Source of the DNA: Patellaria atrata CBS 101060
Taxonomy: Eukaryota
Assembly: GCA_010093705.1 (NCBI GenBank)
Contig: MU006089.1
Location: 2,963,561 to 3,027,560 of the forward strand
Length of the DNA: 64,000 bases
Direction: 5' to 3'
The translations under genes and the position numbers were made by a program. Under the pieces are notes generated by a model. It did not search any database, had not been told where the DNA came from, and saw only the letters and a program-made list of their open reading frames with translations. Positions 39,655-51,043 of this stretch are shown here, in pieces. How positions within the stretch are numbered: the stretch's first letter is position 1; the number at the start of each line of letters is the position of its first letter.

Positions 39655-42088
39655 ATGAGCGCCGGTGAAGCCCCACCACCCCTCCCGGGGAAGAAACGAC
39701 GCATTGCGGTCATGACTAGCGGTGGTGATGCCCCAGGCATGAACGGTGCTGTCAGAGCCGTCGTTCGAATGTCAATCGCCAAAGGTTGCGAAGCCTACGC
39801 TATCTATGAAGGCTATGATGGACTAGTAAAAGGAGGAGATATGATTAAGGAGATGAAGTGGACCGATGTCCGTGGTTACCTAGGCGAAGGTGGCACATTG
39901 ATCGGGACAGCTCGTTGTGCAGCCTTCTTTGAACGTCCCGGACGGCTACAAGCTGCGAAGAACATGGTGTTGAAGGGCATCGATGCTCTAGTCATCTGCG
40001 GTGGTGACGGCAGTTTGACTGGTGCCGATAAGTTCAGAGCAGAATGGCCGGGTCTCCTGGAAGAGCTCGTAAAAAACGGTGAATTGTCTGCTGAGCAGAT
40101 TTCTCCTTTCAAGCACCTGAACATCGTCGGTTTGGTTGGATCTATCGACAACGACATGTCTTCGACCGATGCCACCATTGGATGTTACTCATCACTGGGA
40201 CGAATTTGTGAGTCAGTGGATTATATCGATGCTACAGCTTTTTCACATCAAAGAGCTTTCGTCATAGAGGTCATGGGAAGACATTGCGGATGGTTGGCTT
40301 TGATGGCAGGTGTAAGCTGTGGGGCCGATTTCATATTCATCCCTGAAAAACCACCAAGTGAGAACTGGAGACAGGAAATGGCCAAGATTATTGGAAAGGT
40401 AAGTGTTCTTTCACCATTGAATTAATCCTTATACTGACGATTTTAGCACCGAAAACTCGGGAAGAGAAAGACTATCGTAATTGTCGCAGAGGGTGCCCAT
40501 GATCTGAACCTCGAGAAGATTACGCCAGCAATGGTGAAAGACGTGCTATGTAATGACCTACATTTAGACACCCGTATCACAACCCTGGGACACGTCCAGA
40601 GAGGAGGACAAGCATGCGCATATGACCGCATGTTGTCGACTTTACAGGGTGCCGAAGCAGTCAATGCAGTCCTTGAAGCCACACCGGATACCCCTAGCCC
40701 TGTCATCTCCATTATCGAGAACAAGATTGTCAGAAAGCCGCTACTAGAAGCTGTCAAGCTCACCCAACAAGTTACCGAGGCGATCAAAGCAAAGGATTTT
40801 GAAAGAGCCATGCACCTCAGAGACGCTGAGTTTGCCGAGTACTATGCAGCGTATATGATCACCACCTCAGCAGAGAAGCCAGAACTTCTGTTACCCCCGG
40901 AAAAGGTCAGTTATGTCACCAATGTCACTCGCTCAAATCTAACAACTACTCTAGCGTATGAGGGTAGGTCTCATCCATGTTGGAGCACCTGCCGGTGGGG
41001 TAAACGCAGCTACACGTGCTGCAGTTGCATACTGCTTGGCTCGAGGACACACCCCAATTGCACTCCACAACGGATTCCCGGGACTTATTAGACATCACTC
41101 AGACAAGCCATTGGGAGCAGTACGAGAGATCTCATGGCTAGACGCAGAATCATGGGCTAGCAAAGGCGGCTCGGAGATTGGTACCAACCGTGGTTTACCG
41201 TCAGAAGATTATGAGACAGTTGCCCACGTTCTCGAAAAGTACAATATCCAAGCTCTGTTTATGGTCGGTGGCTTTGAAGCGTTCGCAGCTGCAGCCGGAT
41301 TGCGAAAAGAAAGGGAGAATCACCGCGCGTTTAAGATCCCCATGTGTGTCCTACCTGCTACGGTTAGCAACAACGTACCGGGAACCGAATACTCTATTGG
41401 CAGTGACACTTGTCTGAACGCCCTTATCGAATTCTGTGATGCTTGTAGGCAATCGGCTTCATCTTCCCGAAGACGTGTGTTCGTCATCGAAACTCAGGGT
41501 GGGTACTCCGGCTACATTGCTACTCTCGCGGGTCTGTCGATAGGAGCCTTCTCAGTCTACACCCCTGAAGAAGGTATCAACATTAAGATGTTAGATAGAG
41601 ATATCGATCATTTGCGAGAAACATTTGCAAAAGACAGAGGCCAGGGGCGTGCAGGCAAGATCATCCTGCGTAATGAGAAGGCTTCGAGTACGTATACCAC
41701 GGAAGTCATCACTAGCATTATCAAGGAAGAAGCAAAGGGTCGCTTTGAAGCTAGAAGCGGTATCCCGGGGCACTTCCAGCAGGGTACAACGCCATCTCCA
41801 ATGGACCGTGTTCGAGCCACGAGGTTCGGTGTCAAGAGTTTGCAACATTTGGAATTGTTTGCCGGAAAGACTCAGGATCAGATATGTGACGATCCTATGA
41901 GCTCTACTGTCATCGGAATCAAGGGCGCGAAGGTCACATTCAGCCCAATGGAACTTGTCGAGGCACACGAAACGGACTGGAAGGAGAGACGACCGAAGGA
42001 AGAGTTCTGGTTGGGACTGAAGGACATTGTTGATACCTTGAGCGGGAGGATGGTGAAGCCGCAAATTGTCACTGATGACGATCATTGA
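39655..42088 (+). CDS. PFK: ATP-dependent 6-phosphofructokinase (eukaryotic two-domain type)
   Basis: Exons 39655-40398, 40447-40905, 40955-42088. [55 protein letters not shown]. Confidence 0.97.
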
Positions 42089-43050
42089 ATGGATTAATGA
42101 ATGTGGCCTATGGGGGAGTTCGGGACGATTTTGGATGCGGCTTGAACGTAAGAACATTCCGCTTCTTTTACATAGGTTACTTTGTAGTATATACGACAGC
42201 ATGATAGCATGATAGCATGAGATAGTCATAGAGGATGATATGAATCAGAAAAGAATGATTTGATGATGGATGCTCACCTTGTAATTAATATCTGTGAGCT
42301 GGTCCTTGACGGGAGAGTCGTACTTCTAGAATTGTCGGCAGTCGGTGGTGAGCTTCCTGATCTGGAAATGTAGGATTGGAAGGCACGACAGACGATAATT
42401 GATCCTCAGTTTCATTTTCCGATCTTCAATCTCCAAGTACATTTTCTCTCTCTTCCAGGTTTCCTTCACTACCTTACCTTACTGTCTCTGTTTCACTCTT
42501 CATTTCTTACAGCCCACTTTACTTTTTCAATACCTTGACTAGCCATGTCCCAAAATGGTATCTAGCGGGGACGTTGCCCACTCCGCTTCCCGTGCGGGCA
42601 CCCCAGAGCCAGCCGTGCGTCTCCCCTGCAGATGTTTCGAAACGGTATATTTCTAACTAGTCGGTTTAGTCGGCCCACTACCTTACCCTTAGTTTCCATT
42701 ATTGTTTTTCTTTCTAACCTCTTGTCCATCCCGTGCAACTTCATGGAAATAATCCTTATACTGTACAACGTGCTTCTTTCGCCTGTAGCTCTTTACTGAG
42801 ACTACACTTCCTCGTTCATTACTGGGCTCCACTATACCTTCGTCATCACCGTTACTTTGAACAGTGTTCTTTGCGCCATACTACCTTTGTTCTGCGCTGA
42901 GATCCTCACTTCTTCCACTCGTATTCTGCATTGCCCTATACCCCCTGAGCGAACAGTTGTTCCCCACAATTCGAAATATAAACCACTATCGCAATCAGCG
43001 TCTATCCCTCCAATAGATATCGAACATCTTGATACCTCTCTACCGCCAAA

Positions 43051-43764
43051 ATGTCCAGACCAAACACCACCCCGAAATTCCAACTCCCAACCCTAACCCC
43101 CATCGACATTTCCCTCACGGCCGGCACCTCCATCCCGGCTCCCCTCCACTCCCCCCCCTCCACTCCGGGCCGTCCTCCAACACCCGGCTGCGGCCCTCTC
43201 TCCTCCCATCCAACCACCCCCCTCGAAGGAGACGCCAAACACGCCGCCAAACCCCTCACAGGCCTCCACCTCACCACCACATCCCCCGAATCCGTCCCCC
43301 TCCCCGCCTCCCCGACCTCAGAGACCCTAGCAAGCCCGATCAGCCCAACAGCAACAGAGCGCCGTCCGTCTTCCGTTCGCAAGTTCCTCTCCCTCCGCTC
43401 CCTCTCGAGCTCCGACTCGCTGCGGTCTTCAGCGCAGCAGGCTGGCCGCCCTGGCTCCCCTGCCACCGTCGCGTCGACGGGGACGGCGGGCGCGCGGAAC
43501 CTGAGCAGGAAGAAGAGCGGAGGCGGGTGGTTTGGGCGGCGGAAGAGTGGGTTTTTCGGCGCCAAGATCGAGGAGGGCAGTGTGTATGAGGGGAGAGGGG
43601 ATGGAGTGGTCGCGGCACAAGGACAGGTACAGGGGCAGGGTGTGAGCATGCAGCAGGAGGTAAAGAAGGGACCGCCGGCGCCGAAGTTGCCGGAGATAGG
43701 GGCGTTGGGTACGGGGTTGGACGGGATCGGGTTGGGAGAGGATTTGTTCAAGGATATAAAATAA
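43051..43764 (+). CDS. Hypothetical Pro/Ser-rich, low-complexity protein
   Basis: 237-aa intronless ORF with good start context (CAAAATGT) and strong GC3 bias; FQLPTLTPIDISLTAGT..., PPAPKLPE...LGEDLFKDIK. Confidence 0.7.
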   Translation: MSRPNTTPKFQLPTLTPIDISLTAGTSIPAPLHSPPSTPGRPPTPGCGPLSSHPTTPLEGDAKHAAKPLTGLHLTTTSPESVPLPASPTSETLASPISPTATERRPSSVRKFLSLRSLSSSDSLRSSAQQAGRPGSPATVASTGTAGARNLSRKKSGGGWFGRRKSGFFGAKIEEGSVYEGRGDGVVAAQGQVQGQGVSMQQEVKKGPPAPKLPEIGALGTGLDGIGLGEDLFKDIK

Positions 43765-44596
43765 TATTGAGAGGATGGGTTGGAGATCTTTACAAAAGGA
43801 AGGAGATTTTGTAGGATGTGTCTGCTCGAAAAGGATGGGCTGGGTCGGGAAAAGCTTTTCGTGAAGAGTGCTGCCATTTGGGCATTTGCGCGCTCGTTTG
43901 GATTTCGTATACCCCATGACTTCTTGGATGTTGGAGAACTGAGCATCTGTGCATGATCGGTGTTGGTATTCCCGGGTTGGAGAAGGAAAGACTATTTCTG
44001 CTGATGAGGACATGAGCCATATTGAATCGCTCCCTTACTCTCAGTCTCATGACTACACCCGCAATCTTCTTTTATCATTATTCCCTCGATCAAGAGCAAA
44101 AGACATCTACTGCGGTCTCTCGGTTTTCCTCCCTACCGATATACCCTTCCTTCATTCCATAGTCCATATTGCTTCTCTCATAACCCGGCGTAATCGCCCG
44201 GTCTAAAAACTTTTTCTCCTTGGGTCTAGGTAGTATGCGGCTGCGGAGTTGGGCTACGCCAAACCCTACCTATCCATGTCTATTTATCATCTCATGTGTA
44301 AAAACGCCTGGTGGGCCTTGCTCTATTTTTAGTGATAATGTGTTTTACACCACCATCTCCTACATACAATACAATATAATTCAACGTAAAAACGATTTCC
44401 AACCTAACTAGATGCTGTGGACTCCTTTACCCGTGAACATCCATCTCCCATTAAAATTTGACTTCATCCTTATTGTACATCATATAATCCCCCTCCTCTT
44501 TCCCCTTTCCCCAAAAGAATAGAAATAAAAATTGAAATGAGGTAGAAAGGATGTTAGGTTACAGAAAACCAAAAAAGAAAGAAAACAAAAAGGAAC

Positions 44597-44684
44597 TGGC
44601 GGCACTGAGAATCGAACTCAGGTCTAGACGGAGCGATTTTGAGGATACCACAACGTCTCGTACTGACCACTATACTATGCCACC
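44597..44684 (-). tRNA. tRNA-His(GTG) with 16-nt intron
   Basis: Minus strand GGTGGCA TA GTAT AGTGGTCA GTAC G AGACG TTGTGG [TATCCTCAAAATCGCT] C CGTCT AGAC CTGAG TTCGATT CTCAG TGCCGCC A. All four stems pair, and a T-run Pol III terminator follows. Confidence 0.95.
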
Positions 44685-45660
44685 GTACGGTTTATTGGAA
44701 AGCGATTCCGCGCTTATGTATGTAAGGTATGGGGATGTGGGGCTAGCCCAGGAAAAAATAATTGTTGGTACAGGAGAGAGACGGGATGGGGAAGGTGCGG
44801 TGGGTGCGTTGGGTGGGTTACCACTTGCAGGTACGAGCTGCTGTTTTGGGGGTGGCTTAAGGACGGGTTGAAATTATATGGAAGGGCGATGGGACAGGAG
44901 TCGTACCTTGCGCTGAGGGAGTGTGGATCGGAGGACTAGGTGGACCGGACTTAGGGGTGGTACGATATGAGAGCTGGTATACCACGAAGGAAGGGATATA
45001 GTGATGGGGAGAATTAGTCACTGGAGCAGTATGAAATGGATTATACTATAGGGTGCTTTCGGTTTGGTGAGCTTGATATCGGAATCTTGATTAGGTTCTA
45101 CATGGGCGTTAGGGGTTGTGTATGATTGGGATATTGGGTAAAATATGAAGGTACTATTTTTTTGTGTATATGGTACTGGATTTATTCATGTGGGATCGGT
45201 CTTACACTTCAAGGTTTACTTGACTGCTGTCTTCGACTTCACTTGGTATCAGTTCTGCTGTACAGCTGCGGCAGAATGGATCTAGATCTCTACAGTGTGC
45301 TTTCGTATGTTAAAATAGGTTCCGCTTCCTCGGTGCAAAAGGCCGTAAGAGATATCTTATGGTCGTACTTACCGAACTTTCAGAATTTGCGAATCGCTAA
45401 TTCGAGATTTTCGAACAATATCAGACGGATCTACGGGTAGCAGCTAATCGTACCCACGGTAGCGGTGATTGAGGTTCTAACTGCGAAAGCGAACAGTCAA
45501 AACCTCTACTGTACGAAATTTATAAGAAGGCCCCTCCCTCTATACATTTGCTATATACACTTGACTAACTTTATCATCGTCAGCTAAATTCACATACACA
45601 CACACTATCACAACCCCATTATATACCCCTATCATCATATACATACTTCATCATAGCAAA

Positions 45661-45861
45661 ATGGCAATTTTACGTACTCTCAAGAAACGTATTGCTGCAA
45701 TTCTCGCCGCTATGAAGGGAAATGCAACCGCAGACATCTCGGAGCCTTCCAGTACCAACTCCAGCGCCGTATGGGACGACGCTGACCAGGACGAACCTCT
45801 CGACGTAGAGGCCCTAGCCAGGCTCTATTGGGAGAAAGAGAACCGCAAATCTCCCAAGTAG
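45661..45861 (+). CDS. Putative small protein (66 aa)
   Basis: TATAAG at 45521, CA-rich G-poor leader, CAAAATGG start context, protein-like composition. No recognised family. Confidence 0.5.
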   Translation: MAILRTLKKRIAAILAAMKGNATADISEPSSTNSSAVWDDADQDEPLDVEALARLYWEKENRKSPK

Positions 45862-46393
45862 GTGCCTAGAGCTTATCGGGAGGTTTGTTCCGGCCAGAAC
45901 CGCCCTGTATGGCGTTGGAGGTGGTAACCTGAAGCCGTACATGTACAGCAAATTCGTGAATAGTATATGCAACAGCGGTATCGAAATTTCGATCCCTCAG
46001 GGTTCCTCGACGACGTCTGTACAAGCCGGTGAACGTTCCATGCTCTTTCGACTTGTACACTCCTGGTCATAGGAGCGTCAAGTCCATCCTCTAACATCAT
46101 ACATACCAACGATAGTACATGCAGTACCTCGGGATGAGATTTGAAAAATGGAAATTCCAACATCGTACAGCTTTCTTGTACGTCCTCCTCTAAAGTTACA
46201 AAGTTAGCCTATGTTTAAATGTCGATTGAGGATATTGAAAATCCAAACGTACCTACCGCCGTTTGGAACGAAATCTCCCTGCATCGCGGCATCACCTCGG
46301 CAAAGGCCAGCTCCAACGTCATAGTAACCTCAACAACATTCGATAAAGCACACGCATGGTGCTCAGTTGTCGTTACCATCCGCTTCCTAAAGC

Positions 46394-47572
46394 ATGGCTT
46401 CGAAACGTGCACCTGCGATATTAACGGCACGTCCTAAATTCCACCCTTGTCAACTCGCTACAGCACCGCGAACAATTTCGACCTACGGGTACGAACAGGC
46501 CAAAGCTCTCACATTTGCAGAGCATGGAGAGCCGTCGAAAGTCCTCAAGCTCCACGGGCATTCTATATCGCCTGCCCACGGATCACTTATAACCCTTCGC
46601 TTCCTCGCCTCGCCCATCAATCCTGCAGACATCAATCAAATCCAAGGCGTCTATCCCTCGAAACCCGTATTCACGACATCACTAAGTACATCGTCCCCCA
46701 TCGCAGTTGGAGGCAATGAAGGTGTCGCGGAAGTCATTGGAGTGGGTTCTGGTGTCAAGACAGTCGCGAAAGGAGACTGGGTCATCATGAAAGGCCCATC
46801 ATTCGGTACATGGCGAACGCATGCACAAACGGATGAGTCCTCGGTCTTCCCTATTGCAGATAAGAGCGGTCTTACGCCAATACAAGCTGGTACGGTCAGC
46901 ATAAACCCTACGACAGCATATCGAATGCTCAAGTATCCGTCATCGTCATTGCAACCTGGCGAGTGGTTCATTCAAAATGGCGCGAACAGCGGCGTTGGAA
47001 GGTCTGCCATACAGTTCGGAAAGTTGTGGGGTCTGAAGAGCATCAACGTTGTCAGGGATAGAGATTCGGGCATTGAAGAATTGAAGAAGGAGTTGCAAGA
47101 GCTAGGAGCAGATGTCGTGGTTACAGATACAGAGTTAGCAGCACCGAAATTCAAGGAGAAAGTCATGAGCTGGACAGACGAAGGTCGTGAACCCATCCGT
47201 CTCGGTCTCAATTGCGTTGGTGGCAAAACTGCGACAAACTTAGCGAAATATCTCTCTCCTAACGCCGATATGGTCACCTACGGCGCCATGTCTAAACAAC
47301 CTTTTGCGCTGCCAGCAGCAGCGCTCATTTTCAAGAATATAAACTTTGGCGGATTCTGGGTGAGTAAATGGGGTAAAGAAAATCCTGATGCTCGTAAAAA
47401 GACCATTGAAGAGATTCTGGGTTTAATGAAGGAAGGGAAGTTTAAGGATACTCCTGTTGACGAAGTGAAATGGGATCACGAGACTAAGGGAGATACGTTG
47501 ATAGATGCTGTACAGGGAACCCTTGAAGGGTATAGAAAAGGGAAGAGCGTTTTTGTCTTTGGGGATCCTTGA
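46394..47572 (+). CDS. ETR1: Mitochondrial 2-enoyl thioester reductase (MDR family, Etr1/MECR)
   Basis: Basic presequence; LASPINPADINQIQGVYP, GGNEGV, GTWRTH, INPTTAYRML, IQNGANSGVG, TYGAMSKQP, GFWVSKW. Confidence 0.93.
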   Translation: MASKRAPAILTARPKFHPCQLATAPRTISTYGYEQAKALTFAEHGEPSKVLKLHGHSISPAHGSLITLRFLASPINPADINQIQGVYPSKPVFTTSLSTSSPIAVGGNEGVAEVIGVGSGVKTVAKGDWVIMKGPSFGTWRTHAQTDESSVFPIADKSGLTPIQAGTVSINPTTAYRMLKYPSSSLQPGEWFIQNGANSGVGRSAIQFGKLWGLKSINVVRDRDSGIEELKKELQELGADVVVTDTELAAPKFKEKVMSWTDEGREPIRLGLNCVGGKTATNLAKYLSPNADMVTYGAMSKQPFALPAAALIFKNINFGGFWVSKWGKENPDARKKTIEEILGLMKEGKFKDTPVDEVKWDHETKGDTLIDAVQGTLEGYRKGKSVFVFGDP

Positions 47573-48928
47573 ATATTTAGCTTTAAGTTCATGCATACGG
47601 AGCGGGTTTGGCTTTTTAAAATTTTCGGGCTTGTGGATTGTAGATTCGGGTTTGGGATCACGATGGCCATCGTGTTTGCAGTTTCAATGCATGTTCGAGT
47701 TCACTTCATGGTATATTTTGACTGTCTTCTAATGTGTAACTTCTAGAAGAGAACTCTTATAGATATTGAAGGAAGAGAGTGGGGTAGAGGATACGCAGGA
47801 AGATCTCCACCCTATCCAAAATGGTCCACTGATCAAAGCGCGGTAGTGACATGGATTTGAATGCAATCTTAAAGGGGCCATAAGTATGAATGATTAGCTT
47901 CGTAGTGACGGACCTATGCTGCAGCTTACATCGTTCGAAATGGATCTACCAGCTCCAGACTTACAAAGTCAGGTCCTCAACCCAATACAGAAGAAAAACA
48001 ACCGGGCACCCACAGTATCGGCGGAATCGACGAACAGCCTATGATCAATCAAATATCAAATACAGTGTCCAGTTAAAATAGGAAATAGGTATCAATGTCA
48101 CGATGCACCGCTGGAAATGGAAATAGGTAAAATAGGTACCTTCTCGCGTATTCCAGAACTCGCACGCGCGTTGAAAAACTCGCATATGTACGATCATATA
48201 CCTTACATGTATCCGACCCCACGTGCATATCCAACTCCCCTCGGCTAATATACATGCGAAGTAATTGGAGATGGTGTAAATAAGCTTAAATGAACCCTTC
48301 GGCACTTGAGACCGGAAAAACTTTGGAGAGAAGGGGGGCGCTTTACGCTGGATGAATGTGTGTGCATGGCTCTGTACTGTTCAGAAGAACGCGCAGTGGC
48401 AATGATGTTATCCATGCATTAATCGAGGACAAGTTTGGTCTATCTATCAATGGGGTGGCTGCCGTTAAGTGAGTATGGAGGCAGCGCAAATGATAGATAC
48501 ACCGCCATCCTCATGACACCGGCTATTGCGCACCCTCGACTTTCATACCGAACAGAAATATCCCAGTTCCCCAGTACCGGCCCTGAAACCGAACGGCCCG
48601 AACATAGATCCCATGACCCAGAACCGGAACGGATCCTGAGATCGATCTGTCAAAACGTGCTGTAATACCAGAATCTCGTTTATCCCGGTAGTAGAGGTCG
48701 GAACGTGGGTACCATCGATCTGGGGAATCTGACAGGTTGGTGGAAAGAATATTGCGTGCGCGATCCTGTTTTCTGAAAATCATCGGGGGTGAGTGAAAAG
48801 ACTTGTGTGCCGAACCCTGAATTTGAGATAAGCATTGGTGATGTAGCAAACAACATATTTCATTACTATACGTACAGTACAAAAGCGAGAGAAGGGAAAA
48901 ACAATCATCAGACATTATCTACAGATTT

Positions 48929-51043
48929 TCACCGCCTGCTCTTGATGAGATCGGCCGCCTTCTCCGCTACAGCGTAAACTGTAGCGCAGATGTGCGTTGC
49001 TGGGATCAACGGAATGACGGCGGTATCAGCGACACTCAAACCAGTCACGCCATACACGAGAAGCTCTGGGCTGACAACACCTGCGTTCTCCTTGGGCATC
49101 ATAGTTGCGGTACAGCAGCCGTGGGCAGTACTAGGGCCCATACCTCGTCTGAGTGAGTTAGCGATTTGCTCATCGGTGGTAACGGTCTTTCCAGGAGCTG
49201 TTTCCGAAGGAGAAAGGACCTGCATGCTAGTAGCGTTCATCCACCTTCTGAAAGTCTTGACCGCATCGACCTGTACCTGGACGTCTGTGGGGTTGATCAG
49301 GGTATTGTAGTCGACGGTCGGCTCGTCGTAGATAGCATCTGGTTTTAGCAGAACGGTTCCGCGGCTAAGCGGCCTAGTCAGGACGAGAGAAACGGAGCCG
49401 GATCCGGAGAAGGGGATTTCGGTGAATGCGTTGTCGTTGAGACCCAATGAGGTGGACATGACCGCACGCTGCGCTTCGTATCCCTTGATGTTGATCTCAT
49501 TGTATGTGCTTGGGAGATAATCGGCGACGTTTTGGGCTTTATATGCGTCGACGACTTCCTGCCAGCTATCTGGGTTCATGACGGGGTAAGGAACCAGGGC
49601 AGCAGAATTTCCTACACCAATCGACCTGGGTCCTCTGCGGTTTTCGGCCCATTCTTTATCGGCCCAATCACGGAAAGTTCGATTCTGGACGAGAGAATTC
49701 GGGTTGGGTTGCATATCAGTCTCGTCTGTTTCGCATTAGTAGGATGATCATGTGAGAATCAAAAAGAGGACCCTTACAGGTAACAGATGCCTGGCTGACG
49801 GGGTGGTCCTGGAAGTTTGAGCCAACACCAGGAAGATCAGAAATGACCTCAATACCGGCTTGTTCTAGTAGCGCCTTTGGCCCGATACCACTTCGTTGTA
49901 GAATCTGTGGTGTGTGTAGGAATCCAGCGGTAAGAACAATCTCCTTCTTAGCACTGACGGTGACGATGTTTTCTCCACCCCTCTCCTGGATAGTAACACC
50001 AGTTGCACGCTTGTTCTCATCGAATAGCACTTCGTTCACGCGCTGGCCAACGATCAATTCGAGGTTTGTTCGGTTCTTGGCTGGCTCATAATACCCGCTC
50101 CTGGAGTACGATCGGCGTACAGTTCTGTCGAATGCATTGGGAATCCAGATTGCACCGTATGCACTTCCGTCGCTGCCTTCAATTTGTTGAGGGACTCCAA
50201 TTTCTGCCCAAGCTTTCCATTGAGGTTCTGGAAACTGTCAGTTTCTAAAAAATAAAAATAAAAAATTATGCCAGATCATATCGCGGAAAACGGAGGACAA
50301 AACTTACTGATACCAGGGTATTGGAATGATGGATAGCTGATGAAAATCGGGCCATCTCTCCCGAAAGCGGCGTCGATATCATAGGTGATATTGAATTCTG
50401 CTGCGAGCTCCGGATCAGGTTCAAGAAAATGGGTACTCTATACCGCCACTAATTAATACTAATCCCTCTACACTGAGAATTGCGAACCGACCTACCTTCT
50501 TGAAATAGGGCAACAGATCAGACCAACCCCAACCTTTGTTTCCCAAGGCTTCCCAATCGTTGTAGTCTCGTGCTGAGCCTCGATTCAGGAACATGCCATT
50601 GACCGTGGAGCCGCCACCGACGACGTTTGCGGCATACACCCCCTTCGGCTGACCGTTTAACCCAAGTTGTGGGACCGAAGAGAGATTGAAGAGATCCCCT
50701 GCGGGATATCTGGCGGCGCTGCTGGGATCGAGTTGGGCCGGATTATCGTCGAAGTAACCATATTCGACGACGAGGACGGAATCTGCATTGAACAGTCAAT
50801 TCCACTTTTCTTCAATTTTATCCTAGCTTTATACCACTCACAGTTCGAGTCTTCGCTAAGTCTATTCGCAACCACGAGACCACTCTGTCCACCTCCTACA
50901 ACAATATAGTCATAAGATTCCTTGATATCCGCAATATCGACCGCCCGATTCCTGATCTGGTGCACCAGAGCCGGATAAGCAGAGCTCAACTGCGAAAATA
51001 CCAACGATCCAGCAACCGCCAGAAAACCCGAAGAAAAGCCCAT
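48929..51043 (-). CDS. Secreted GMC oxidoreductase (AA3_2-like)
   Basis: Exons 51043-50842, 50782-50496, 50437-50308, 50227-49778, 49725-48929. Signal peptide, YDYIVVGGGQSG FAD motif, GGGSTVNGM, LQRSGIG, PGVGSNFQDH, catalytic His pair TAHGCCT and PATHICATVYAVAEKAAD. Confidence 0.93.

Noticed and set aside
42196..42230. AGCATGAT tandem repeat in the PFK 3' region
   Set aside because: Short microsatellite-like repeat, common in 3' UTRs.
43002..44013. Long antisense and alternative-frame ORFs (314, 194, 186 aa) over the low-complexity gene
   Set aside because: Expected shadows of a GC-rich, biased CDS; no motifs.
44597..44685. tRNA-His lacks an encoded G-1 and has an intron
   Set aside because: Normal for eukaryotes (G-1 is added by Thg1), and tRNA introns are common in filamentous fungi.
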